Source: the human T2T-CHM13v2.0 reference genome, Homo sapiens
DNA: 64,000 nucleotides
Assembly (NCBI RefSeq): GCF_009914755.1
Contig: NC_060941.1
Strand: one strand, 5' to 3'
In this document: one piece after another, positions 1 to 14,236 of the stretch
How positions within the stretch are numbered: the stretch's first letter is position 1
How the letters are laid out: each line of letters opens with the position of its first letter
Position numbers and translations under genes: made by a program
Notes under the pieces: model-generated
Databases searched by the model: none
What the model saw: only the letters and a program-made list of their open reading frames with translations
Told to the model about the DNA's origin: nothing

Positions 1-447
<447 letters not shown>

Positions 448-1794
448 TAATTTTAGATGGTGGCTTCTCTGTCTTCCTGGTCCCATCTGTGTGACTTTTA
501 TACTTTAAGGCAGGAGAGAATCCAAACAGGACTCCTGCAGAAAGTCTATTTACTGTCCTAAGAGTTGGTTGACCTTGAACTCTGGAAGTACAGGGTGTCA
601 CAAACCTAGGAAGGAACTAATGACTCCCAAGTCTGTTCCTATGGCTGACAAATGTCTGAAGTTCCTCCAGTAGATGAAAAACAGCTCATTCCTAAGCCAT
701 GATTTCTTCAGAAATCATTTTATTATCTCTAAGACTTGTGAAGTCTAAAGAGAGTAGAATTTGAAAGAATGTTGAATTCCATCTGGTTCAAAGAGCTTTA
801 GTGTTAGACATAAACAACTTTACCAGTTTGAAAAACCAAAGATGAGCAAAATCAAATCAGGTGGTAGAGCTTCCTGGGTAGGGGTGTAACATACAACTTA
901 AATCTAGGTGTCCTGGTCTATGTGGCACTTTGTTTGAATTATGGGGTCATTGACACAGCAAGATAGATAAGGCAGAGTAGTTGTTATGTAATCTCAGGAG
1001 AGTGGAGAAGGCACTCCCAAAACTGGAAATGATGTTACATTTTCCTTGGTGAGAATCTTTTAACCCCAGGAGGGTTTAAAATTAAGTATAGAAAGTTTAA
1101 GGGAATCATGATATTAATGTTTTCATGTAAAAGAATCTAGGCATGTTTATGTATATATAATGCTTACTAGAATTTAGCCTATTTACAGAAAAAAATGTCA
1201 AAATTCCAGTTGAAAATTAGTAAGTATTTAATTGATTCAGACTTATGACTTTAAACTGAAAACTTCCTAAGCGTATATATAGTATTGGAACATTTAAGAG
1301 AACCCTAAGGTTGTCATATTTGCAAGTTTAATTTATCGCATGAATAATCTAAACTTAAACACTTGAAAAGGTTTTGTTGTTAAGTCAGGCCATTAAAGTA
1401 CATAAAAGGAAACAGAACACAGTAAGTGTCTCAATGCAATTTTAAATCTTTAAAAGGAATTTAACCTTATAATTGGAACCACACATCCAAAATCCTTTTA
1501 AAAGTGATAGGTAAAATATGTTGGACATCAACGGGATAAGATTAGAAAGCTGAAGCTTAAAGAAGAGCTACGATTTTGAATTGTAGTTTCAATAAATATT
1601 AATTTTAAAAGTCAGCTAAACTTCTGTATCATCTATGAAATGAGATTTATGGTAATAATTGCCGTGTAAGATCATTAAGAAGATTAAATGAGACATTAGT
1701 TTAAAAGCGTCTGGCACTGTGCCTGTCACATGGTAAGCATGATATATGATGGCATTTATTAATATTATTAAGTCTTCCTTAAGGGAGAGCATAA

Positions 1795-1940
1795 AGCCAG
1801 GCATGGGGATGTACACCTGTACTCCCAGCTACTAGGAAGCCTGAGGCAGGAGGATGACTTGAGCCCAGGAGTTCAAGTCCAGGCTAGGCAACATAGTGAG
1901 ACTCTGTCTCAATTGAAATCAATCAATCAATAATAATAAA
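1795..1940 (+). mobile_element. Alu monomer (FLAM-like)
   Basis: gccaggcatgg...gagcccaggagttcaag. Confidence 0.8.
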
Positions 1941-2337
1941 AGAGTACAAAGATGTTTAGAAATGAGAGGAAATATGGGATAAGATGTGACCCATAGCACA
2001 AGTAATCCTGGTGGCAGGGGTGAGATATCCACCACACCCCTTTGCCCCTTAGCCCCTGTCTGGCTAACAAGGCTCGCCTTATCTTGTCTGGGTCTCCCCA
2101 AGAAGTGTTCAGCTTCTCCAGCAGGGGTAGTGTGCAATTCATTACCATTGCGTCACCCAGTAGCCCTTTGCTAAGATCCATAGGAGGCGTTTTTCCTAAA
2201 TCCCTCATTCTCTCACTCCATCTATCCTACGAACAATTGATGTTTGTACCAAGCACCATTCTAGGCAGTGGGGATAGTGCAGCCAGCAACAGCAGCAACA
2301 ACAAAAAAACCCTGCTCTCATGGAGCTTACGGTGTGG

Positions 2338-2338
<1 letters not shown>

Positions 2339-2378
<40 letters not shown>
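2339..2378. repeat. (GT)n microsatellite at an Alu tail
   Basis: About 20 GT units. Confidence 0.95.
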
Positions 2379-2660
<282 letters not shown>

Positions 2661-3199
2661 CATGGAGCTTACATTCTAACAATGGAGACAGATATTAAAC
2701 AAAATCGACAAGTAAGTTATGCAGTATGTTAGAAGAGGATATGTTGATAGAGAAAATGCACAGGGCAAAAAGATGGGTGTGGTGGGGTAAGGATTGGAAT
2801 TTTAGAAAGGGTAGCCACTCCACGGAGAAGCTGACATCTCAGCCATTTGAGCCAAGACTTTAAAGAGGTGAGAGAGCCTTCTGTGCACAGGGAACAGAAA
2901 GTGCAAGGACTGTGAGCTGGGAGTGTTCCTCACACATCGGAGGAATGTGGAGGACGCCCATGAGGCTGGAGAGAACAAGCGGGAGGGTAGGAGATGCGAT
3001 CAGACAAGCCATCGTGGAAGGTCTTGTGGCCTTTGTTAGGACTTTGGCTCTTACTCTGAATGAAGTGGGGAGCCATTAGGGCACTTTTGGGACAATTGGG
3101 GAAATTCCAACAGGAACCGTATATTAAATATTATTTAATCAGTATCGAAGTTTGTGGATGTTGTAATTCTCAATAAGTTGAAATAATTTTCCTGGGTGT

Positions 3200-4000
3200 T
3201 GGTGTGAACTGAAAGTTTGTGTCTTCCCACCTCCCAAATTTATGTGTTGAAGGCCTAACCCTCCAATATGATGGTATTTGGAGGTGGGCCCCTTGGGAAG
3301 TAATTTGGGTTAGATTAGGTCATGACAGTGGGGCACTCAGGACAGGATTAGTGCCCTTAGCAAAAGGTGAAGAGACATTAAATCTTCCTCTCCCCAAGCA
3401 TACTACAAGATGACAGCCACCTACAAGCCAGGAAGAGGCCTCAGAATTAAACCCACTTTACCAGCACCTTAATCTTGGACATCCCAACCTCCCAGCTGAC
3501 TATGACAGGTGTCACTGTTAGAAGAAACATGCTGACGTACTTAGAGGTAAAGGATCATGATGTCTAGAACTTATTTTCAAGTGACTGGGAAAAAAATAAA
3601 GGAAAAAAATTTAACCATTTGTCATTGTTACAGATAAGACTGTGTGCTCCCCAAAACTTGTATGTTGAAGCCCTAACTTCATGTGACTGTATTTGGAGAC
3701 AGAACCTTTAAGGAGGTTGGGGTTAACTGAGGTCATAAAGATGGGGCCCTAATCCAGTGACTGGTGCCCTTATAAGAAGAGGGAGACACACCAGGTGTGT
3801 GTGCAGAGAAAGGGCCATGTGAGGATACAGTGAGAAGGCAGCCATCTGCAAAGCCAAGGAGACAGGCTTCAGGAGAAACCAAACCTGCCCACACCTTGAC
3901 TCTGGATTTCCAGCCTCCAGAACTGTCAGAAAATAAGCTTCTGGTTTTAAAGCCACCCAGTCTGTGTGCTATTTTGTAATGGCAGCCCTAGAAGACTAAT
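3200..4000 (+). mobile_element. Two MaLR LTR remnants (MLT1/MST-like)
   Basis: tatgttgaagccctaac...gtatttggag; gccatgtgaggatacagtgagaaggcagccatctgcaaagccaagg. Confidence 0.7.
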
Positions 4001-4030
4001 CTACTGCATAACAAGTTACCTCAAATGTAA

Positions 4031-4355
<325 letters not shown>

Positions 4356-4514
4356 AATCTTACATGGTTTCTGAGGGTCAGAAATCTGGAAGACGCTCAG
4401 CTGCGTGGTTCTGGCTCCAGGTCCATCATAAAGTAGTCAGTAAGTTTTCCCCAGGGCTTCCATCATCTGATGGCTTATCTGAGGTAGAAGGCTGCATTTC
4501 CAACATCCACTCAC

Positions 4515-4840
4515 GGCCGGGCACGGTGGCTCACGCCTGTAATCCCAGCACTTTGGGAAGCCGAGGCCAGCGGATCACCTGAGGTCAAGAGTTCAAGACC
4601 AGCCCGGCCCACATGGTTAAAACCCCATCTATACTAAACATACAAAATATTAGCCCGGCATGGTAGTGGGCACCTGTAGCCCCAACTAATCAGGAGGCTG
4701 AGGCAGGAGAATGGCATGAACCCAGGAAGTGGAGCTTGCAGTGAGCCAAGATTGCGCCACTGCACTCCAGCCTGGGCAACAGGGCCAAGACTCCGTCTCG
4801 TTAAAACAAAACAAAACAAAACAACAACAACAAAAAAAAC
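4515..4840 (+). mobile_element. Alu (S/Y)
   Basis: Alu consensus; TSD ccactcac. Confidence 0.9.
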
Positions 4841-5095
4841 CCACTCACCTGGCTGTTGACAAGAGGTCTCAGTTCTTCACCATGTGGTCTTCTCCCCAAG
4901 GCCGCTTAAGTGCCCTTATATGAGGGCATGGCAGTTGGCTTTCCAGATTGAAAGAACCCAGGAACAGAGCAAGGAGGAAGACACAAGGCCTTTTACGACC
5001 TAGTCTTGGAAGTTGCACACCTTCGCTTCTGACACGTTCTAGTATCAGTGAATCACTAAGGCCACCCCACACTCAGGAGGAAGGGAGGTAAGCTG

Positions 5096-6690
5096 TGTCC
5101 CAAATTGGTGAGTTCTTGGTCTGACTTCAAGAATGAAGCCACAGACCCTCGGGGTGAGTGTTACACTTCTTAAAGGCAACGTATCCGGAGTTTGTTCCTT
5201 CTCATGTTCAGATGTGTTCAGAGTTTTTCCCTTCTGGTGGGTTCGTGGTCTCACTGGTTCAGGAGTGAGGCTGCACACCCTCGCGGTGTATTGCAGCTCT
5301 TAAGGAGGCGCGTCTGGAGTTGTTCATTGCTCCTGGTGGGTGAAGCTGCAGACCTTCACGTATTACAGCTCATTAAGGCTGTGTAGACCCAAACAGCGAG
5401 CAGCTGCAAGACTTACCTGCAAACAGCAAAAAAAAAAAAACAACAAAAAAACAAAAAAACAAAAAAACAAAAAACGAGGCTACCACCACAGGCAAAAGGA
5501 CCTCAGCGGTACTGCTGCAGCAAGCGCTGGCAGCCTGCTTTTATTCTCTTATCTGGCCCCACCCACATCCTGCTGATTGGTCCGTTTTACAGAGAGTTGA
5601 TTGGTCTGTCTTACAGAGAGCTGATTGGTCCGTTTTGACAGGGTGCTGATTGGTCCGTTTCGACAGGGTGCTAATTGGTGTATTTACAATCCCTGAGCTA
5701 GACACAAAAGTTCTCCACGGCCCCACTAGATTAGCTAGATACAGACTGCTGATTGGTGTATTTACAAACCCTGAGCTAGACACAGAGTGCTGATCGGTGC
5801 ATTTACAAACCTTGAGCTAGATACAGAGTGCCGATTGGTGTATTCACAATCCCTTAACTAGACATAAAGATTCTCCAAGTCCTCACCAGATGAGCTAGAT
5901 ACAGAGTGCCGATTGGTGCATCCACAAACCCTGAGCTAGACACAGGGTGCTGATTGGTGTGTTTACAAACCTTGAGCTAGATACGGAGTGCTGATTGGTG
6001 TATTTACAATCCCTTAGCTAGACATAAAGGTTCTCCAAGTCCCCCCTAGACTCAGGAGCCCAGCTGGCTTCACCCAGTGGATCCCGCACTGGGGCCACAG
6101 GTGGAGCTGCCTGCCAGTCTGGCGCTGTGTGCCCACACTCCTCAGTCCTTGGGCAGTGGATGGGACCGGGTGCCATGGAGCAGGGGGCGGCTCTTGTCGG
6201 GGAGGTTCAGGCCGCACAGGCGCCCACGGTGGCGGCGGGGAGGCTCAGGCATGGTGGGCTGCAGGTGCCGAGCCCTGCCCCGCTGGGAGGCAGCTAAGGC
6301 CCGTGAGAAATCGAGCACAGCGCGGTGGGCCGGCACTGCTGGGGGACCCGGCGCACCCTCCGCAGCTGCTTGCCCGGGTGCTAAGCTCCTCACTGCCCGG
6401 GCCCGGTGGGGCCGGCCGGCCCCTCGGGGTGCGGGGCCCGCCAAGCCCACGCCCACCCAGAACTCTAGTTGGCAGGTGCGCAGCCCCAGTTCCCGCCCAC
6501 GCCTCTCCCTCCACACCTCCCCGCAAGCTGAGGGAGCCGTCTCCGGCCTTGGCCAGCCCAGAAAGGGGCTCCCACAGTGCAGCGGTGGGCTGAAGGGCTC
6601 CTCAAGCACGGCCACAGTGGGCTCCAAGGCCGAGGAGGCGCCCAGAGTGAGCCAGGGCTGCGAGGGCTGCCAGCGTGCTGTCACCTCTCA
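5096..6690 (-). mobile_element. Solo LTR12C-type (ERV9) LTR
   Basis: Minus strand begins TGAGAGGTGACAGC and ends ...GGACA; 4-bp TSD GCTG (5092-5095 / 6691-6694); CpG-rich U3; tandem CTGATTGG repeats. Confidence 0.93.
5539..6000 (-). promoter_or_regulatory. LTR12 promoter/enhancer: about ten CCAAT (NF-Y) boxes, CACCC box, GATA site, AATAAAA TATA-like box
   Basis: Repeated ATTGG between 5576 and 5998; CCCCACCC 5557-5564; AGATAAG 5554-5548; AATAAAA 5545-5539. Confidence 0.8.
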
Positions 6691-7237
6691 GCTGCATCTC
6701 TTGAAGAGCAAAAAAACTCTTGGTACGTGCTATACAGGATTTGTTATTGTAATTATTATTATTATCAATGTATTTAAATCCACAGATACCTCCCCTGGAG
6801 GATCTTCTTCTAACCCGCCTACAACCCTCTCTCTGATTAGGGGCCTGAGCAAAGCCTGAGAAGGGACGCGCAGGACAAATTTGCGGGGAAAGAGAGAAGA
6901 TTGGGCAAAAATTTGGCATGAGAACAGCCTTTAACCTGTCCCTTCAATACATTTGCTGCCTCAGAAAGGAAGAGGCCACAAGGAGCTCCTGGTTTCTACT
7001 ACAGCCTCCAGAGTCTCTAATTCCGTCCCCAAGGATGGTGTGGGCAGCATGGTTGGGGGGCATCCACGGTCTTCAGCGGTCCCACTCTGGAGCCTCCCAC
7101 ACCACACTGTGGGCACTGTGGACATTCAGTAAGTATGTGATGCTGATGATCTTGAAGGTTCTCAGAGGCTGGCTGATTCTTCCTGTCTGTGTATTCACAC
7201 TTGGTACTTGTTGATTAGTTAAGGATCAAGGATCCCA

Positions 7238-7539
7238 ATTTTTTTTTTTTTTTTTTGGAGATAGGGTCTCACTCTGTTGCCCAGGCTGGAGTGCAGTGAC
7301 GTGATCTTGGCTCACTGTAACCTCCGCTTCCTGGGTTCCAGTGATTCTCCTGCCTCAGCCTCCCTAATAGCTGAGATTACAGGCGTGAGGCACCACATCT
7401 GGCTAATTTTTGTGTTTTTAGTAGAGATGGGGTTTCACCATTTTGGCCAGGCTGGTCTTGAACTCCTGACCTCAGGTGATCCACCTACCTCGGCCTCCCA
7501 AAATGCTGGGATTACAGCTGTGAGCCACTGTGTCCGGCC
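7238..7539 (-). mobile_element. AluS
   Basis: TSD aaggatcccaatttt. Confidence 0.9.
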
Positions 7540-7659
7540 AAGGATCCCAATTTTGAGGAGAGACTGGTATCATGAGTTCAACCAACCAGCAGGCTTCCGG
7601 TGAGCACAGTGAGCCAGAATGATGGCTTGTGGCTTCATTCAACCAGTAGAATCACAGCA

Positions 7660-7870
7660 ATAAAAATACCTAATACATCTCCTATTCCAGGTTCTGTTCT
7701 AAATGATATACACACATATTAATTGAGTTAGTTCTCAAAGCAACCCTATGAACTATGAATCTGTCCATTTTACAGATGAGGAAATAGAGGCACAGAGAGA
7801 TTAAGAGACTCGCCCAAGGTCAGAGTTCAGAGTTTGATTCCAAGAGTATGTGTTTAAAACTGCTATGCTA
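7660..7870. mobile_element. MIR; other MIR fragments at about 1620-1760, 15090-15140, 20540-20620 and 28890-29040
   Basis: ccattttacagatgaggaaatagaggcacagagagattaag. Confidence 0.8.
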
Positions 7871-8523
7871 GATTGCCTCTTAAAAATTGTGCAATTCATC
7901 CTTAACATTTAAAGGTATCTAAATATGAGCAGGAGGTGGTACTTAAATAATAGAAATAATTGAGAGTAAGATTTAGGGACTAGAAAGTTCAGGTAACATA
8001 GAATGCTAAGCAGGAAGGAACCTGAGACATACCAGGGCCATAAATTTTCAAACTGGATTCTGAAGAGTCCTAGGATTCTTGTGGTATCTCTGGATCTGCT
8101 TGTCCAGGAGTGAGGGAAATCTTTGGACTCCACCACCCCAATTCAACCACAGCACCCACCAGGATCTGTTTCACAGGGTGTTCCTGTGCAGAAGTCACAA
8201 GCCCAAGTTTGGCTGGACCACAGCCTCAGATTGTCAGGGAAGTTTGCAAATGGCTTTGAAGTGGCTGAAAATATTACTGGGTTTCCTTTCCATGATATTG
8301 TCTCTAGAAAACCTTTCCGGGGTTGATTCTATAGGGATTTGTGTCTTTCTTTTTGTTTTTCTTTTTACCATTTTGCAACTCTGAACTCTGTTGACACAAG
8401 AGTTAACTTACGTAGCAAGTGATTTCTGCCCTGTAGAAGACAACATTTTTGTATCTATTAGCAAATTAGTTTCTACATTCCTGATTGTGCATATGTGTGT
8501 CTGTTCTGTGGATTCTTCTTTGA

Positions 8524-8892
<369 letters not shown>

Positions 8893-9519
8893 TAAAATCT
8901 TTGTGACATCTCCATTTATGTTTATATGTATATGGCAGTCATAACTTTAAGAAAATTATCCTTTAACAAGATGGTCTTCCTGCATTGATTCTGGCCTCCT
9001 CCTATTCTTGCCCCCTATCCAGTCCATTCTCTGTGAAGGAGCTAGAGCCATCTTTGCCAAGAGCAAACCTGATCATAATCCTCCCCGGCTTAAAACCGAT
9101 ATGCAGTATAGCCTGCTGATAGCAGTGCAGACCTCGCTTCTGCTAGGACAACTGGATGCCATCATCCTGAATTGGACACCTCACCTGACATCAAACAGCG
9201 GGACAGGGCCCAAGGCCCTTGGGTGCCCACAACACACTGATTGATCAGCCCAGATCTCACCACCATCGCTCACTTGCCTTTCTAATTTGGGACAGAGAAA
9301 GTTTGTGAGTTTTATTTTGTCTTTTTTTTTTCTCCAGATTTAAAGATCTATTCCCTTTCCTCTCCCCCAAACCTCATTCCCCAGAACCTAGATTCTGTGC
9401 CAAATTGGGTTTCCAAGCCTAGCAGTATAAAACAAAAAAACAAACAAACTCCTACCCAGAGCTCAATCTTTGGTCTCTTATTCTTTCTTTTTTTTTTTTC
9501 CTTTAGTAAAATCTCAGTG

Positions 9520-9848
9520 CTGCCAGGAGCAGTGGCTTCTGCCTATAATCCTAGCATTTTGGGAGGCTGAGGTGGGTCTTGGTGCAAGGTGAAATCACTT
9601 GAGGCCAGGAGTTCGAGATCACCCTGGCCAACGTGGTGAAACTGTCTGTACTTTAAAAATACAGAAAATTAGCTGGGTGTGGTGCATGTGCCTGTAATCT
9701 CAGCTAGTAAGGAGGCTGAGGTGGGAGGATCACCTGAGCTTGGGAAGTTGAGGCTGCACTGAGCTGTGATCCCGCCACTGCACTCCAGCCTGGGTGACAA
9801 GAGTGAGTGAGACTCTGTCAAAAAAAAAAAAAAAGAAAAGAAAAAAAC
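9520..9848 (+). mobile_element. AluJ-like
   Basis: Alu consensus; TSD ctcagtgct. Confidence 0.85.
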
Positions 9849-10365
9849 CCTCAGTGCTCTCCAGTCCCCTTAGAATAAAAGCCAAAATCCTGGAAAAGGC
9901 CTCCCTGAAAGGTCTCACATGATCTAGCCCCTGCTTGCCTCTGTTCTCACCCTCGCCCTCTTCATTCCAGCTACCCTGACCTTTGGCCCACCCTTTCCAG
10001 ACCCAGCCTCTTCCCATTTTGTGTTAGGACACTGTGACACCCTCTCTTTCTCCTCCTCCTTGCCATTGTCTGGCGGAAACAAAACAAAACAAAAATAACA
10101 TGTATTCATTTTCAAGTCTCTTGCTAAACCTTACCTTGCTGCCTCAAAAAGACCTGGTTGGTTCCCCACCTCCTTCCCTCATAGGATCCCCTAGCACCAG
10201 AACTTCCTAACAGCCAGTGCAGTGATGATTATTTAATGATTTAGCTATTTATATATAGGGGTGGAATGTCTCTCTTTCCCAAGAGGCCAAAAGCTCCAAG
10301 AGGCAGGACTCAGATCAGTTGTTTACTACTTTGTCCCTTCTGCTTTACTTGGTGCTTGCATATAG

Positions 10366-10693
<328 letters not shown>

Positions 10694-10769
10694 GCCAGGC
10701 TGATCTTCCTTTGTACTACTTTGCCATTAATCCCTGAAATAGAAATGCTCCTGATGTATCTCAAAATCC

Positions 10770-11672
<903 letters not shown>

Positions 11673-11930
11673 TGTTAATTATTTTAAAAAGCAGTAATTT
11701 CTAACCTTATTGGGTTAAGATTTCTGGGAGAATTGGAAAGCTGTAGAGTTTCTCTTGATCCACCTCCATCCTCACCCGCCTCAGCCATGAAAAATCCACA
11801 TATGCTTATATATAAAAGTTTCATAAAAAATTAGGTGATTCCCAGTCTGAAGCCCATTTATTGACTCCCTAGACATCTATAATCCCCATAGAAACCTGTG
11901 TTGATAAAAACTATCACTAGTAACTGTTAG

Positions 11931-12240
<310 letters not shown>

Positions 12241-12339
12241 TAAAATATTTTTTTTTCCCATCCTTGTCATAGTCACTCTTCGCCCCCTCCTCTTCTTTCT
12301 TCAGAAGCTGTTTTGACATCCTTTCTCCATCAGTGTGGT

Positions 12340-12860
12340 AGGAAGAGTTTTAAGACAGTTCCCATACCTTTGCCTTCCGGTATTGGGGCAAAAGGAGGAG
12401 ATTATCTGGGTGAGTCTAATTTAATTGCAGGAGCCCTCTGAAAGCAGATAATTTCTCTAGCTGGTATTGGAAGAGAGTCAGATTCAAAGCCTGACAGGGA
12501 CTCCACATGCTGTTGCTGGCTTTGAAGATGGAAGAGGCCGTGCAATGAGGAATGCAGTTGGCCTCTAAGAGCAGAGGGGCCCCTAGCTGACAGCCAACAA
12601 GGAAATGAGGACCTTAGCCCTAGAGCTTCAGGAATTGGATTATGTCAGCAACCTGAAGGAGCTTGGAAGTGGATTCCTCCCCTGAGCCTCCAGGTGACGG
12701 CCCAGCCATTGCACAACATGGTTGCAGCCTCATGACACGCTGAGCAGAGCCAAGCCAGCCCATGCGGACTCTGAGCTGCTACCGTGAGGTAACATGTGAG
12801 TGTTGGTTCAGGACCCCCAGTTTGCAGTAATTTGTTATGCAGACTAGAAAACTAACACAA
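12340..12860 (+). mobile_element. MLT1D-like MaLR LTR
   Basis: gattatctgggtg...gctggctttgaagatggaag...gtaatttgttatgcag. Confidence 0.65.
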
Positions 12861-13006
12861 TCAGCCTCGCGTCGCTGTGCAGCTGGCTGTCTTTCTGTTG
12901 GATGTTTCTAGAGCCACCTCTTTTCCTCATAAGATTCCTAAAATGGTTATTTGTCCCCCCCTCTACCCCGAGGGTGACATCATACTCCGGTTGCCTCCGA
13001 GCCTGG

Positions 13007-13765
13007 CTCATCATTCCGCACTCCATGGCCTACACTGGGAGCCTCTTCCTGGTGTTTCAAAGGTGAAAGCTAAGGGGAACCTCAGGCCATTGCAGGTGAG
13101 GAAGCTGCACTGGGCTGGTGTCACAGCTCTCAGCAGCTCTGATCTCCCAAGAGAAGAAGTTTGGCCTGAGACAGGGGTCTCGTGGGACTCCGCTTGGCCT
13201 CAGCACCCTGCTATGCACATGGAAGGCTTCCAGTAAACATTGCTGGGACCGAAAGTCCAGGAGCATAGGAGCTCACTCAGATGCCCAAGTGATCAACCCT
13301 AAGATGGCTTGAAAGGAGAAGCACAAGGTTCTAGAGCCCTTCCAGCTGACCGAAAGCCTTGTCCGTAATACGTGGGACCCTGGTCTGGAAGCTAGGGAAA
13401 GGGCTTTGAGGGTAAAACCTTGTGAGGAGGGGGGCTGATCCCAAGGGCTAGTAGCTGATCTCACAGAAGCAGAGGCTCTTCAGCTACTCCAGGGAGACCG
13501 AGATCACCTGGAAGGGTGCTCAAAGCTTGGTTTTAATCCCATCTTTAGCAGCAGTTTGGAGGTTGTGTATATGGCAAGGCGTTGTGACAGACATGCAGCT
13601 GTCTGCCCACCTGCCTGCTTGCAGGCTCAGCTCTTAGTCCCCCAAACCCCTCCAACCCCCTCTTCTGTCCTTCCCCTACTCATCATTCCGCACTCCATGG
13701 CCTACACTGGGAGCCTCTTCCTGGTGTTTCAAAGGTGAAAGCTAAGGGGAACCTCAGGCCATTGC
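13007..13765 (+). repeat. Perfect 87-bp direct repeat (13007-13093 and 13679-13765)
   Basis: Base-by-base identical CTCATCATTCCGCAC...CCTCAGGCCATTGC. Confidence 0.95.
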
Positions 13766-14236
13766 TCACGGGTTTGGAGGGGAACCGAGTGCTCTACACT
13801 GAGAGTGAGCTCCTGAAGGGCTTCCTTCCTCTTCCCTCCCTTTATCCATAAAACACCCAGAGCCCTACTTCCTGCCTTTGCTGATGAGAACCATTCATTT
13901 CTGGAACAAATCAGTTATTTCTGCTCTCGTGAGTTAGTGTCTTTTCTTGCTGGGAAAAACTCCAGTTAGGCCCTTACCTTCATCTTCTTGTTCTTGGAGC
14001 GTGATCTCATGCATCTGAGAGTTGGAATCCCTCTTGACCGGGTTGTCTTGGCTTCTTTATGTGGCTATAGGGCCCCGGGTAGCCATGCAGAAGGCCTGAG
14101 ATGGGGCTGGGGTGGGGTAGGGAAGGAGCGAGGGCCTGTCTGTGACTGCCATTACCCTCCTGATGGGGAGACCCCGTCACTCCGGCGCCTGGGAATCCCT
14201 GCACCATTTGGATTTGTTCTCCCTGTGTCTGTGGGC

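Noticed and set aside
5570-6040. Regularly spaced CTGATTGG / GAGCTAGA repeats resembling a CRISPR array
   Set aside because: These are the normal tandem enhancer repeats of LTR12 in primate DNA; no unique spacers or cas genes
6077-6859. 260-aa ORF and overlapping ORFs
   Set aside because: They lie in the GC-rich U3 of the LTR12; stop-poor composition, no protein-family features
10129-10140. Strong minus-strand donor AAG|GTAAGG
   Set aside because: Lies in an L2 remnant with no convincing upstream acceptor
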